Shown in pieces: positions 20,267-30,238 of a stretch of 64,000 nt of DNA. How positions within the stretch are numbered: position 1 is the first letter of the stretch; every line of letters begins with the position of its first letter. The stretch lies in contig CAWFDF010000012.1 in NCBI GenBank assembly GCA_963814585.1, forward strand, positions 64,001 to 128,000. The letters run 5' to 3'. Source of the stretch: an uncultured delta proteobacterium (GTDB lineage: Bacteria; Myxococcota; Myxococcia; Myxococcales; Anaeromyxobacteraceae). Both the position numbers and the translations under genes were made by a program. The notes under the pieces were generated by a model. The model saw nothing but the letters and a program-made list of their open reading frames with translations, did not search any database and was not told the DNA's origin.

Positions 20267-20983
20267 GTGGCGATCGCGATGGGACCCGTGCCGATGGCGA
20301 CACCGGAAGCGAAGCTGGGGCAGCAGACCGCCGCACCCGCCCCCCTGGTACGCCTGCGCCCCCTGCTGCGCGGCTGGTCCCACGCGCTGGCCGCGGCCGC
20401 CGCCCTCCCCGCGGCCGGGCTGCTGGTGCGCCGATCCGGCGACGGGGTCGGCACCTGGGGCGCGGCGGTCTACGGGGCCTCGCTGGTGCTGCTCTTCACC
20501 ACCAGCGCGCTCTACCACCGGATCTACTGGCCCTCCTCGATCCGCCACCTGATCGGCCGGATCGACCACTCGGCCATCTTCCTGCTCATCGCCGGGACCT
20601 ACACCCCCTTCTGCCTCCTGCTCGGCCCGGGAACGGGCCACCGGCTCCTCGGGCTGGTCTGGATCTCGGCGGCGCTCGGCATCGCCGTGGTGATCGGGTG
20701 GAAGGGGCTGCCCAAGGCGCTGCGCGCCGGACTCTACGTGCTGCTCGGCTGGTTCATCGTGCCGGTGCTCCCCGCGCTGTACGCCGCGGTGGGGGACCGG
20801 GCCCTGGGGCTGCTGGTGCTGGGCGGAGCCTTCTACACGGCGGGGGCCGTGGTCTACGCCAGCCGCCGGCCCGACCCCTTCCCCCGGGTCTTCGGCTTCC
20901 ACGAGATCTTCCACCTCCTGGTCATCGCCGCCGCCGCCTGCCACTTCCTGGTGGTGGACGCCGCCGTGCGCGCGATGGGCTGA
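20267..20983 (+). CDS. trhA: Hemolysin III/PAQR family membrane protein
   Basis: SALYH, DHSAIFLLIAGTYTP, HEIFHLLVIAAAACH; start may be ATG 20279 or 20294. Confidence 0.88.
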   Translation: MAIAMGPVPMATPEAKLGQQTAAPAPLVRLRPLLRGWSHALAAAAALPAAGLLVRRSGDGVGTWGAAVYGASLVLLFTTSALYHRIYWPSSIRHLIGRIDHSAIFLLIAGTYTPFCLLLGPGTGHRLLGLVWISAALGIAVVIGWKGLPKALRAGLYVLLGWFIVPVLPALYAAVGDRALGLLVLGGAFYTAGAVVYASRRPDPFPRVFGFHEIFHLLVIAAAACHFLVVDAAVRAMG

Positions 20984-21116
20984 CCCGGCCGGCCGGCGCC
21001 GGGAACGGGAGGCGAGGTGGCGCGATCCCTTCTCCCTTGAACCGGCTTCGTGAGCCATGTCACATTGACCGGCCGCCCACCCCCCGCACCACGCCCCGAC
21101 GCCAGAGAGGTCCCGC

Positions 21117-22439
21117 ATGCCCGCCGCCCCGCTCAACCCCCTCGCCCAGGCCGCCAACGACGCGCTGCAGAAGGACTGCCCGGTGGTCCTCGACCTCCTC
21201 GCCGAGCGTGGCAAGCGGTTCTTCTTCCCGGCCAAGGGGATCCTGGCGCAGGGGGCCGAGGCCAAGCAAAAGGCCAGCTTCGCCAACGCCACCGTCGGCA
21301 TCGCGACCGAGAACGGCGCCCCCATGCACCTCGGCGTGGTGAGCAAGTACTTCACCGGCCTCACCCCAGGCGAGATCTACGACTACGCCCCCAGCTACGG
21401 GAAGCCGGACGTCCGCGCGGCCTGGGCGAAGAAGCAGCGGGCCGAGACCCCGTCGCTCGGCAACCACCCGGTCTCCAATCCGGTGGTCACCAACGCCCTC
21501 ACCCACGGGCTCGGCCTGGTCGGCGACCTCTTCCTCGACCCGGGCGACGTGGTGCTCACGCCCAACCTGCTCTGGGAGAACTACAACCTCTGCTGGGAGA
21601 CGCGGCTGGAGGCGACCTTCGAGTACTTCCCGTTCTTCGACGAGAAGCTGACCGGCTTCAACATGCCGGCCTTCAAGGCGGGGCTGCTGCGCCACCGCGG
21701 GAAGAAGCTGCTGGTGGCCCTGAACTTCCCCAACAACCCATCGGGCTACACGCCGACGCGCGACGAGGCCAGCGCCATCGTGGCCGCGCTCAAGGCCGAG
21801 GCCGAGGCCGGCACCCGGCTGGTGGTCTGCGTCGACGACGCCTACTACGGGATGTTCTACCAGGCGGACTGCCAGACCGAGTCGGTCTTCGGGTCGCTGG
21901 CCCACGCCTCCGAGAACCTGCTGGCCATCAAGGTGGACGGCGGCACCAAGGAGGCCTTCGTCTGGGGGCTGCGCGTCGGCTTCCTCACCTTCGGCGTCAA
22001 GAACGGCACGCCAGCCGCCTACAAGGCCCTCGAGGACAAGACCGCCGGCCTGATCCGCGCCTACGTCTCCAACATCTCCAACCCGGGCCAGTCGGTGGTC
22101 CTGAAGGCGCTCAGCGACCCCGACTTCAAGGCCCAGCAGGCCGAGAAGGTGGCCACGCTGCTCCGGCGGGCCACGGTGACCTCCGCCGAGTGCCACAAGG
22201 CCGAGTACGCCGACTGCTGGGACGTCTACCCCTTCAACTCCGGGTACTTCATGTGCCTCCGCCTCAAGGGGGTGGACGCCGACGCCGCCCGGGTCCGGCT
22301 GCTCGAGGACCACGGCGTCGGGACCATCGCGCTGGGGAAGACCGACCTCCGGATCGCCTTCTCCTGCCTCACCGAGGCGCAGATCCCCGGGGTCTTCAGC
22401 GCCGCCGCCAAGGCCGTCCGCGCCGTCCGCGGCGCCTGA
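21117..22439 (+). CDS. PLP-dependent aminotransferase class I/II
   Basis: NFPNNPSG, DDAY, DGGTKE (PLP Lys), GLRVG, LRIAFS. Confidence 0.88.
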   Translation: MPAAPLNPLAQAANDALQKDCPVVLDLLAERGKRFFFPAKGILAQGAEAKQKASFANATVGIATENGAPMHLGVVSKYFTGLTPGEIYDYAPSYGKPDVRAAWAKKQRAETPSLGNHPVSNPVVTNALTHGLGLVGDLFLDPGDVVLTPNLLWENYNLCWETRLEATFEYFPFFDEKLTGFNMPAFKAGLLRHRGKKLLVALNFPNNPSGYTPTRDEASAIVAALKAEAEAGTRLVVCVDDAYYGMFYQADCQTESVFGSLAHASENLLAIKVDGGTKEAFVWGLRVGFLTFGVKNGTPAAYKALEDKTAGLIRAYVSNISNPGQSVVLKALSDPDFKAQQAEKVATLLRRATVTSAECHKAEYADCWDVYPFNSGYFMCLRLKGVDADAARVRLLEDHGVGTIALGKTDLRIAFSCLTEAQIPGVFSAAAKAVRAVRGA

Positions 22440-22456
22440 TCCTCGAGACCGACCAC

Positions 22457-23965
22457 ATGCACCTCGGCACCCGCCTGCTCCTCCTCGCCGGGCTCCTGCC
22501 CGCCATCTCGCTGGCCCAGGCCGGCCCGCCCGCGGCCGCCCCGGCCGCACCCGGCGTCGTGGAGAGCTCGGTGGTGAAGATCTTCTCCACCATCCGCAGC
22601 CCGGACGTGGCCCGACCGTGGGCCAAGGCCTCGCCGTCGGAGGCCACCGGCAGCGGCGTGGTGGTGGCCGGGAAGCGCATCCTCACCAACGCCCACGTGG
22701 TGCTCTATGCCAGCCACGTCCAGGTCCAGGCCCACCAGGCCGGCGACAAGATCTCGGCCACGGTGGAGGCGATCGCCCCCGGCATCGACCTCGCCATCCT
22801 CAGGCTCGACGACGAGTCCTTCTTCGACGCCCACCCGCCGCTGCCGCGCCTGGCCAGGCTGCCGGACGTGAAGGACGCGGTGATGGCCTACGGCTACCCG
22901 ACCGGTGGCAGCAACCTCTCCATCACCAAGGGGATCGTCTCCCGCATCGAGTTCACCTCGTACAACTTCCCGGTCTCGGGGCTGCGCATCCAGATCGACG
23001 CCGCCATCAACCCCGGCAACAGCGGCGGCCCGGCCGTGGTGGGCGACCAGATGATCGGCCTGGCGTTCAGCACCCTCGGGGGCGCCCAGAACATCGGCTA
23101 CATCATCCCCAACGAGGAGATCGAGCTCTTCCTGGAGGACGTGGCCGACGGCCGCTACGACGGCAAGCCGGCCATGCACGACGAGCTGCAGACCCTGGAG
23201 AACCCGGCGCTGCGCGCCTTCCTCAAGCTCGACAGGGGCGTGGCGGGCATGGTGGTCCACCAGCCGTTCGGGAAGGAGAGCCCGCTCAAGGCCTGGGACG
23301 TCATCACCCGCATCGGCGACACCCCGGTGGACGACCAGGGGATGATCCAGCTCGGCCCCAACCTGCGGGTCCGCTTCCAGTACCTGGTCCAGAAGCTGGC
23401 CCGGAACGGCAAGCTGCCGCTCTCGGTGATCCGCGGCGGCAAGCCACTCGCCCTGCAGCTCCCCGTCGACTCCAGGCGGCGGACCATGGTGCCCGACCTC
23501 CAGGGGAGCTACCCGCCCTACTTCATCCTCGGGCCGCTGGTGTTCTCGGTGGCCTCCCAGCAGCTGGTCTCCAGCGGCGGACGGGGGGCGATGGCCAACA
23601 TGTTCGGGAGCCCGCTCTTCAGCCGCATCCTCGACGAGCCGGCCTTCCCGGACGAGGAGCTGGTGGTGGTCCCCTCGCCGTTCCTGCCGCACCGCCTGGC
23701 CAAGGGCTACGACTCGCCGCAAGGGGCGGTGGTGAAGACCATCAACGGCACGGCGGTCCGGAACCTGCGCCACGCGGTGGAGCTGCTGCGCGACGCCCGG
23801 GGCGAGTTCGTGGTGGTCGACTTCGAGCGGCGCGGCGGCGAGGCCATCGTCTTCTCGCGCCAGGGCCTGCACGAGGCCACCGAGGAGCTGCTCACCGACA
23901 GCGGCATCCGCTCCCAGGGAACGCCGGAGCTGATGAAGGTCTGGAGCGCCCGGGGCGCGAAGTAG
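22457..23965 (+). CDS. HtrA/Deg serine protease with two PDZ domains (Deg2/Deg9-like)
   Basis: Signal peptide, TNAHV, DLAIL, AAINPGNSGGP, QTLENP. Confidence 0.88.
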   Translation: MHLGTRLLLLAGLLPAISLAQAGPPAAAPAAPGVVESSVVKIFSTIRSPDVARPWAKASPSEATGSGVVVAGKRILTNAHVVLYASHVQVQAHQAGDKISATVEAIAPGIDLAILRLDDESFFDAHPPLPRLARLPDVKDAVMAYGYPTGGSNLSITKGIVSRIEFTSYNFPVSGLRIQIDAAINPGNSGGPAVVGDQMIGLAFSTLGGAQNIGYIIPNEEIELFLEDVADGRYDGKPAMHDELQTLENPALRAFLKLDRGVAGMVVHQPFGKESPLKAWDVITRIGDTPVDDQGMIQLGPNLRVRFQYLVQKLARNGKLPLSVIRGGKPLALQLPVDSRRRTMVPDLQGSYPPYFILGPLVFSVASQQLVSSGGRGAMANMFGSPLFSRILDEPAFPDEELVVVPSPFLPHRLAKGYDSPQGAVVKTINGTAVRNLRHAVELLRDARGEFVVVDFERRGGEAIVFSRQGLHEATEELLTDSGIRSQGTPELMKVWSARGAK

Positions 23966-23997
23966 GCGCGGCGCGCCGGCGGCGGCGAGGACCCGCC

Positions 23998-25320
23998 TCA
24001 GCTGCGGTAGTCGGCGTTCTCGGAGACGTACTCGTGGGTGAGGTCGGCGCCGAGCACCTCGGCGGTGCCGGGCCCGTCCCCGAGCGCGACCTCGATCTCC
24101 ACCGCCCGCTCGTGGCGCGGGAAGTCGAAGGGCGGCTTGAAGGTGATGCCGTCGGCGGCCGGCGCCTGCGGGTAGAGCTCGGCGGCGACCAGGTGGGCGG
24201 TGAGCCGCCGCTCCTTCTCCGCGTCGAGCTGGAAGAGGCCGCCCTCCACGATCGGCTCGCCACCCATGGTGAGGCGGGCCCGGGAGGGATCGAGCTCGAT
24301 CCCGCGCGCCCCCGCCTCCTTGCCGAGGGCCGCCACCAGGCGGCCGACGTTGGGGTCGTTCCCGGCCACCGCGGTCTTGAAGAGCGGCGAGTTGACCACC
24401 GCCTTGCCGAGCTGGCGGGCCGCCCTGGCGTCGGGCGCGCCGCGCACCGTCACCCGCACGACGTGGCGCACCCCCTCGCCGTTGCGGACCACGTCCTCGG
24501 CGAGGTCACGGCAGACCCGGGTCAGCCCGGCCTGGAACGCGGCGATCGCCACCGGCCCCGCCGCGCCCGACGAGAGCGCCACCACCGTGTCGCTGGTCGA
24601 GGTGTCGGAGTCGACCGAGATGGCGTTGAAGCTCGCCTCGACCGCCACGGCCAGCGCCTGGCGCAGCGCCGCCCGGTCCACCGCGGCGTCGGTGAGCAGG
24701 TAGACCAGCATGGTGGCGAGGTTGGGCTCGATCATCCCCGCCCCCTTGGCGATGCCGACGATCGACGCGCCCCCCGGCAGGTCGTGGCGCCGGACCTTCG
24801 GGTAGAGGTCGGTGGTCATGATGCCCTCGGCCGCGGGCAGGACGCTCTCCCCCTGCAGCGATGCCACCGCCGCCGGGAGCGCCTTCACCATGGCGTCGAC
24901 CGGCAGCCGCCAGCCGATCACCCCGGTGGAGGACGGCAGCACCTCGGTGGGCCCGAGCCCGAGGCGCGCCGCCACCTCGCCGCAGAGCCGCTCCGAGGCC
25001 TCGACGCCCCCGGGAGCGCAGACGTTGGAGATCTTGTTGTTGACGAGCACGGCCCCGAGCCGCGGCTCGCCGAGCCGGCGGCGCCCCACCAGCACCGGCG
25101 CGCCGGGGAAGGCGTTGCGGGTGAAGGCGGCGGCGAAGGCCTCGGTCGGCCGGTCGGGCACCAGCAGCGCCAGCTTCATGCGGGCTGGCCGGTCCACCTC
25201 GAAGGGCGTGAACTCGAGCGACGCGGACCCGGCGCGGAAGCCGCGCGGCAGGCGCGCCTGGGCGGCGAGCCAGGCCCGGTGGGCGGCGCGGTCGGCGAAG
25301 ATCAGCGAGGTGCTCGGCAT
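23998..25320 (-). CDS. argJ: Ornithine acetyltransferase ArgJ
   Basis: GIMTTD, AKGAGMIEPNLATML, DSDTSTSD, VRNGEG, DPNVGR, YVSENADYRS. Confidence 0.93.
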   Translation of the reverse strand: MPSTSLIFADRAAHRAWLAAQARLPRGFRAGSASLEFTPFEVDRPARMKLALLVPDRPTEAFAAAFTRNAFPGAPVLVGRRRLGEPRLGAVLVNNKISNVCAPGGVEASERLCGEVAARLGLGPTEVLPSSTGVIGWRLPVDAMVKALPAAVASLQGESVLPAAEGIMTTDLYPKVRRHDLPGGASIVGIAKGAGMIEPNLATMLVYLLTDAAVDRAALRQALAVAVEASFNAISVDSDTSTSDTVVALSSGAAGPVAIAAFQAGLTRVCRDLAEDVVRNGEGVRHVVRVTVRGAPDARAARQLGKAVVNSPLFKTAVAGNDPNVGRLVAALGKEAGARGIELDPSRARLTMGGEPIVEGGLFQLDAEKERRLTAHLVAAELYPQAPAADGITFKPPFDFPRHERAVEIEVALGDGPGTAEVLGADLTHEYVSENADYRS

Positions 25321-25465
25321 GCGGCGCTCCTGCTCGGGTCGGCCCGTCTGTCTATCATCATCCCCGCCCGGGATCCTTGCCGGGGCACGGCTTAAGGGCG
25401 GTGTCGATCCGGGGCCCCCCGAAAAGGGATTTGCCTCCGGGCCGGTCCAACGTTACCTAGCGTGC

Positions 25466-25675
25466 ATGGACCTCGTGACCCGCTTCGCCGGAAACGTCCG
25501 CAAGCTCCGCAGCAAGAAGAAGCTCTCGCAGAAGATCCTGGCCGACAAGATCGGGATCTCCGTCTCCTACGTGTCGATGCTGGAGCGCGGCCAGCGCTCG
25601 CCCCCGCTCGACATGCTCGAGAAGGTCGCCAAGGCGCTGGGCGTGCCGCCCATCACGCTCCTGGGCGGGAAGTAG
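25466..25675 (+). CDS. XRE-family HTH regulator
   Basis: LSQKILADKIGISVSYVSMLERGQRSP. Confidence 0.88.
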   Translation: MDLVTRFAGNVRKLRSKKKLSQKILADKIGISVSYVSMLERGQRSPPLDMLEKVAKALGVPPITLLGGK

Positions 25676-25706
25676 CCGCGAGCGGCCTCGGGTGGAGCCG
25701 GCCGCG

Positions 25707-26219
25707 TCAGCGGCCGAGCGTCGGCTGGCCGGGTTGCCAGCCGGCCGGGACCGCGTCGCCGCTGCGCAGCGCCTCCAGCACCCGCACCAGCTCCGAGATC
25801 GACCGCCCCACCTCCAGGTTGTGGGCGGCGGCGTACTGGATCACGCCCTGCGGGTCGATGACGAAGGTGGCTCGCGCCGCCACCCCCGGGCGCGCCAGCC
25901 ACACCCCGTAGGCGCGGGCGATGGCGCCCCCCGGATCGGTCAGCAGGGGGACGGCCGCGGCGCCGAGCACCTCGGCGATCCAGCGGCGGTGGGTCTCGGC
26001 GTCGTCGATGGAGAGCGCGTAGATCTCGGCCTCCAGCTCGGCACGCCGCTTCCCGAGCTCACGCAGCTCGGTCGGACAGACGGGCGTGAAGTCGCGCGGG
26101 TAGAAGAAGAGCACCACCCAGGCCCCTCGCAGGTCGGAGAGCCTCACCTCCACCGGCTCGCCCCGCCCCCTGACTCCGCTGGCCTTGAAGTCCGGAGCGC
26201 CATCGAGAATGCTCAGCAT
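25707..26219 (-). CDS. ahpC: AhpC/Prx1-like peroxiredoxin lacking the resolving Cys
   Basis: FYPRDFTPVCPTE, RATFVIDP, GRSISE; C-terminal GDAVPAGW. Confidence 0.85.
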   Translation of the reverse strand: MLSILDGAPDFKASGVRGRGEPVEVRLSDLRGAWVVLFFYPRDFTPVCPTELRELGKRRAELEAEIYALSIDDAETHRRWIAEVLGAAAVPLLTDPGGAIARAYGVWLARPGVAARATFVIDPQGVIQYAAAHNLEVGRSISELVRVLEALRSGDAVPAGWQPGQPTLGR

Positions 26220-26274
26220 CCGCTACAGGTAGGCGTCCACCTCCTCGCCGTCAAGCCGCGCACCCGGAGCAACC

Positions 26275-27180
26275 ATGACCTCGGCCCTGCTGGCCCTCGC
26301 CCTCGGAACCTTCTCCATCGTCGCCGCCGACGTCCGCACCGGGCAGCTGGGCGTCGCCGTCCAGTCGAAGTTCCCCACCGTCGGCGCCATCGTGCCGGCG
26401 GCGCGGGCCGGGGCCGGCGCGGTGGCCACGCAGGCCCTCGGGAACGTGAAGTGGAAGAAGGAGGCGCTCGACCTGATGGCCCGGGGGGTGGCGGTCGACG
26501 AGGTGCTGAGGACGCTGGTGGCGGCCGACCCCCAGCGCGACGACCGGCAGCTCGGGCTGGTGGACGCGAAGGGCAAGGCGGCCAGCTGGACCGGCAAGCG
26601 CTGCCCCGACCACGCCAGCTCGATCGTGGGCGAGGGCTACGCGGTGCAGGGGAACATCCTGGTCGGCCGGGCCACCCTCACCGAGATGGCCAGGGCCTAC
26701 GAGGCGGCGGTGAAGGCCGGCTTGCCGCTGGCGGAGCGGCTGCTGCTGGCGCTGGAGGCCGGCCAGGCGGCCGGCGGTGACCGGCGCGGGCAGGAGTCGG
26801 CGGCGCTGCTGGTGGTGCGCCCCGGCGGCGGGTACCTGGGCGGCGACGACACCTGGGTGGACCTGCGCGTCGACGACTCGACGGCGCCGATCGCCGAGCT
26901 GCGCCGGCTCTACGCCGACGTGCACCAGTACTACTTCGGCGACACGGTCGAGCTGGTGAAGATCGATCCGGCCCTGGCCCGGGAGCTGCAGTCGTCGCTG
27001 GCCTCGCTGGGCTTCTACAAGGGACCGGCCACCGGCGCCTACGACGCGGCCACGCGCCAGGCCATGGAGGACTGGATGGGCTGGGAGAACCTGGAGGGGC
27101 GCATCAAGCCGGGCGACGTGGTCGACGGGCTGGTGCTGCGCCACCTGCGTAGACAGCTCGCCGAGCGCGGCCGGAAGTAG
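26275..27180 (+). CDS. DUF1028 (Ntn-hydrolase-like) protein with C-terminal peptidoglycan-binding-like domain
   Basis: TFSIVA, GAVATQA, VQGNIL, GGDRRGQESAA, DLRVDD. Confidence 0.88.
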   Translation: MTSALLALALGTFSIVAADVRTGQLGVAVQSKFPTVGAIVPAARAGAGAVATQALGNVKWKKEALDLMARGVAVDEVLRTLVAADPQRDDRQLGLVDAKGKAASWTGKRCPDHASSIVGEGYAVQGNILVGRATLTEMARAYEAAVKAGLPLAERLLLALEAGQAAGGDRRGQESAALLVVRPGGGYLGGDDTWVDLRVDDSTAPIAELRRLYADVHQYYFGDTVELVKIDPALARELQSSLASLGFYKGPATGAYDAATRQAMEDWMGWENLEGRIKPGDVVDGLVLRHLRRQLAERGRK

Positions 27181-27282
27181 CCGCCGGATCGCCCCGGGGC
27201 GGGCGACCCGGGGCTCGCCTCCCCACGGGGGGCTCTGGTATCGTGCTCGACCCCGCAGCACCCCCTCGGAGGCAACCGCGTC

Positions 27283-28371
27283 ATGAGCCAGAAGAAGCTT
27301 CGCGTCGGCGTCCTCGGCGCCACCGGCATGGTGGGACAGCGCTTCCTGGCGCTGCTTGAGAATCACCCCTGGTACGACGTGACCCTGCTGGCCGCCAGCG
27401 CCAACTCGGCGGGGCAGAAGTACGCCGACGCGGTCAAGGGGCGCTGGGCGCTCAAGTCCGCCATCCCCGACGCCCACGCCGGGCTCACCGTCCGCAACGC
27501 TTCCGACGTCAAGGCCATCGCCGCCGAGGTCGACTTCGTCTTCTGCGCCGTCGACATGTCGAAGGAGGAGACGGCCAAGCTGGAGGAGGACTACGCCAGG
27601 GCCGAGACGCCGGTGGTCTCCAACAACTCGGCCCACCGCGGCACGCCCGACGTGCCCATGATGGTGCCGGAGCTCAACCCAGAGCACGCCCAGGTGATCG
27701 AGCTCCAGCGCAGGCGGCTCGGCGTCAAGCGCGGCTTCATCGCCGTGAAGCCCAACTGCTCGCTGCAGAGCTACGTGCCGGCCATCCACCCGCTCATGGA
27801 GTACGGGCCGAAGAAGATCGCCGTCTGCACCTACCAGGCGATCTCCGGGGCCGGGAAGACCTTCGAGACCTGGCCGGAGATGGTCGACAACCTCATCCCC
27901 TTCATCAAGGGGGAGGAGGAGAAGTCGGAGAAGGAGCCGATGAAGATCTGGGGCCGCGTCGAGGGCAGCGGCATCGTGGCCGCCCGGGAGCCGGTCATCA
28001 GCGCCCAGTGCATCCGGGTGCCGGCCTCCGACGGCCACATGGCGGCGGTCTTCGTCCAGTTCGAGAAGAAGGCCAGCAAGGAGGACATCCTGGCGCGCTG
28101 GAAGGCCTTCGCCGGACGGCCGCAGCAGCTCTCGCTGCCGAGCGCGCCCAAGCCCTTCCTGCAGTACTTCGAGGACGAGTCGCGCCCGCAGACCCGACTC
28201 GACCGCGACGCCGGGAGCGGGATGGCGGTCACCATCGGCCGGCTCCGCCCCGACAGCCTCTTCGACTGGCGGTTCGTGGCGCTCTCGCACAACACGGTGC
28301 GCGGCGCCGCCGGCGGCGCGGTGCTGACCGCCGAGCTGCTCACCCAGGACGGCTGGATCGCCGCGAAGTAG
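27283..28371 (+). CDS. asd: Aspartate-semialdehyde dehydrogenase
   Basis: GATGMVG, KPNCS, QAISGAG, HNTVRGAAG. Confidence 0.95.
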   Translation: MSQKKLRVGVLGATGMVGQRFLALLENHPWYDVTLLAASANSAGQKYADAVKGRWALKSAIPDAHAGLTVRNASDVKAIAAEVDFVFCAVDMSKEETAKLEEDYARAETPVVSNNSAHRGTPDVPMMVPELNPEHAQVIELQRRRLGVKRGFIAVKPNCSLQSYVPAIHPLMEYGPKKIAVCTYQAISGAGKTFETWPEMVDNLIPFIKGEEEKSEKEPMKIWGRVEGSGIVAAREPVISAQCIRVPASDGHMAAVFVQFEKKASKEDILARWKAFAGRPQQLSLPSAPKPFLQYFEDESRPQTRLDRDAGSGMAVTIGRLRPDSLFDWRFVALSHNTVRGAAGGAVLTAELLTQDGWIAAK

Positions 28372-28430
28372 CGGCCGCCCCGGCCGGGATCGCTGCGGGA
28401 CGCCACCGGCGGGTGAGCTACACTGCGGTC

Positions 28431-29000
28431 ATGCCGCGCGCGCCCGCCCACCCCATCGACCCGCTGTTCGTCCGCCGCTGGTCCCCTCGCGCCATGTCGG
28501 GCGCGCCGCTGGCCCGGGCGCAGGTCCTGACGCTGCTGGAAGCGGCCCGCTGGTCGCCCTCTGGCGGCAACGGCCAGCCGTGGCGCTTCGCCTGGGCGCT
28601 GGCCGGCACGCCTGGCTTCGACAGGCTCCTCGCCGCCCTGGTGCCGGGCAACCGCGAGTGGTGCGTCCGGGCGGGGGCGCTGGTCCTGCTGGCGGCCAAG
28701 GTGGTGCGCGACGACGGCAGGCCCTCGCCCTCGGCGACGTTCGACGCGGGCGCGGCCTGGATGGGCCTGGCGCTGCAGGGGACGCTCTCCGGCCTGGTGG
28801 TGCACGCCATGGGCGGCTTCGATCGCGAGGCGGCGCGCGCCGCGGTGGCGCTGCCGGCCGGGCTGGAGCCGCAGGTGGTGATCGCGGCCGGCCATCCCGG
28901 TCGCGTCGAGGACCTCCCCGAGAAGCTGCGGGCGCGGGAGCAGCCCAGTGACCGGCTACCGCTCGAGGTCCTGGCGGTCGAGGGGAGCTTCGGCCAGTAG
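28431..29000 (+). CDS. Nitroreductase family protein
   Basis: RRWSPRA, WSPSGGNGQPWRF, HAMGGFD. Confidence 0.9.
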   Translation: MPRAPAHPIDPLFVRRWSPRAMSGAPLARAQVLTLLEAARWSPSGGNGQPWRFAWALAGTPGFDRLLAALVPGNREWCVRAGALVLLAAKVVRDDGRPSPSATFDAGAAWMGLALQGTLSGLVVHAMGGFDREAARAAVALPAGLEPQVVIAAGHPGRVEDLPEKLRAREQPSDRLPLEVLAVEGSFGQ

Positions 29001-29092
29001 CCCATGCCGCACCGCGGCAAACACGCCACTTGCGGCGCATCGTCTCGCGGCGTACGAGAACCGTTCGTCACCCCTTGCCAGGAGGATCGTTC

Positions 29093-30214
29093 ATGCGCTC
29101 CACAGGTCGGATTTCCCTAGTCTTCGCCGCTGCCTCGCTGCTGCTCACCGGCTCCGCCCGCGCCGAGACCGTCGTCAAGATCGGCGCCGCGCTCAGCCTC
29201 ACCGGTCCCGCCGCCGCGTACGGCGCGCAACAGAAGGCCGGCATCCTCGCCGCCGTCGAGGAGATCAACAAGTCGGGCAAGCTCAAGGGCGTGAAGCTCG
29301 AGGCGGTCATCGAGGACGACGCCTCCACCAAGGAGCAGGGCATCGCCGTCTTCCAGCGCTTCATCAACAAGGACAAGGTGTCCGCCATCATCGGCCCCAC
29401 CCTCTCCAACACCGCCACCGCCGCCGACCCGCTCGCCCAGGGGGCCAAGGTGCCCGTGGTGGCCGTCTCCAACACGGCGCCCAAGGGGATCACCGACATC
29501 GGTGACTACATCTGGCGTGTCTCGCTCACCGAGGGGCAGGTCATCCCCGGCGCGCTCAAGCGGCTGCAGGCCAAGGTCGGCTTCAAGAAGGCCGGCCTCC
29601 TCTACGGCAACGACGACGCCTTCACGCAGGCCGGCTACAACGTCATGAAGGCCGCCGCCGAGGCCATGGCGCTGCAGGTGGTCGGCACGCAGACCTTCGC
29701 CAAGCCGGACAAGGACTACACGGCGCAGCTCACCGCGCTGCTGGCCGCGAAGCCGGAGATCCTCATCGTCTCGGCGCTGGTCGAGAACGCCTCCGGCATC
29801 GTGGCCCAGGCGCGCCAGCTCGGCTGGCAGGGGCCCATCTTCGGCGGCAACGGGTTCAACAGCCCCAAGCTGATGGCCAACGCCGGCCCGGCCGCCGAGG
29901 GCGTCTACGTCGGCACCGCCTGGAACAAGGTGAGCACCGAGGCGCCCAACCAGGACTTCTTGAAGGTCATGGCGGCGCGCGGCCACGAGCCCGACCAGTT
30001 CTGCGCCCAGTCCTGGACCGGCGTGGCGGTGATCGCCGAGGCGGTCAAGCTCTCCGGCGGCAAGGGTGGGCGCGACGACGTCCGCGCCGGCTTCCTCAAG
30101 CTGAAGGACCTGCCGACGCCGCTCGGCAAGTTCTCCTTCCTCGAGACCCGAGACGGCAACCACGTCCCGGCGCTCCAGGTGGTGAAGGACGGCAAGTTCC
30201 AGATCGTGCCGTAG
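29093..30214 (+). CDS. livK: Branched-chain amino acid-type ABC transporter substrate-binding protein
   Basis: Signal peptide, LSLTGPAAAYG, DYTAQL; first gene of the liv operon. Confidence 0.85.
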   Translation: MRSTGRISLVFAAASLLLTGSARAETVVKIGAALSLTGPAAAYGAQQKAGILAAVEEINKSGKLKGVKLEAVIEDDASTKEQGIAVFQRFINKDKVSAIIGPTLSNTATAADPLAQGAKVPVVAVSNTAPKGITDIGDYIWRVSLTEGQVIPGALKRLQAKVGFKKAGLLYGNDDAFTQAGYNVMKAAAEAMALQVVGTQTFAKPDKDYTAQLTALLAAKPEILIVSALVENASGIVAQARQLGWQGPIFGGNGFNSPKLMANAGPAAEGVYVGTAWNKVSTEAPNQDFLKVMAARGHEPDQFCAQSWTGVAVIAEAVKLSGGKGGRDDVRAGFLKLKDLPTPLGKFSFLETRDGNHVPALQVVKDGKFQIVP

Positions 30215-30238
30215 CCGGTCCGGGGACCGGAGGCGAGC

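Noticed and set aside
14122..26219. Selenocysteine (in-frame UGA) in the Mo enzyme or peroxiredoxin
   Set aside because: Both frames are open with no internal TGA; the peroxidatic residue is TGT Cys.
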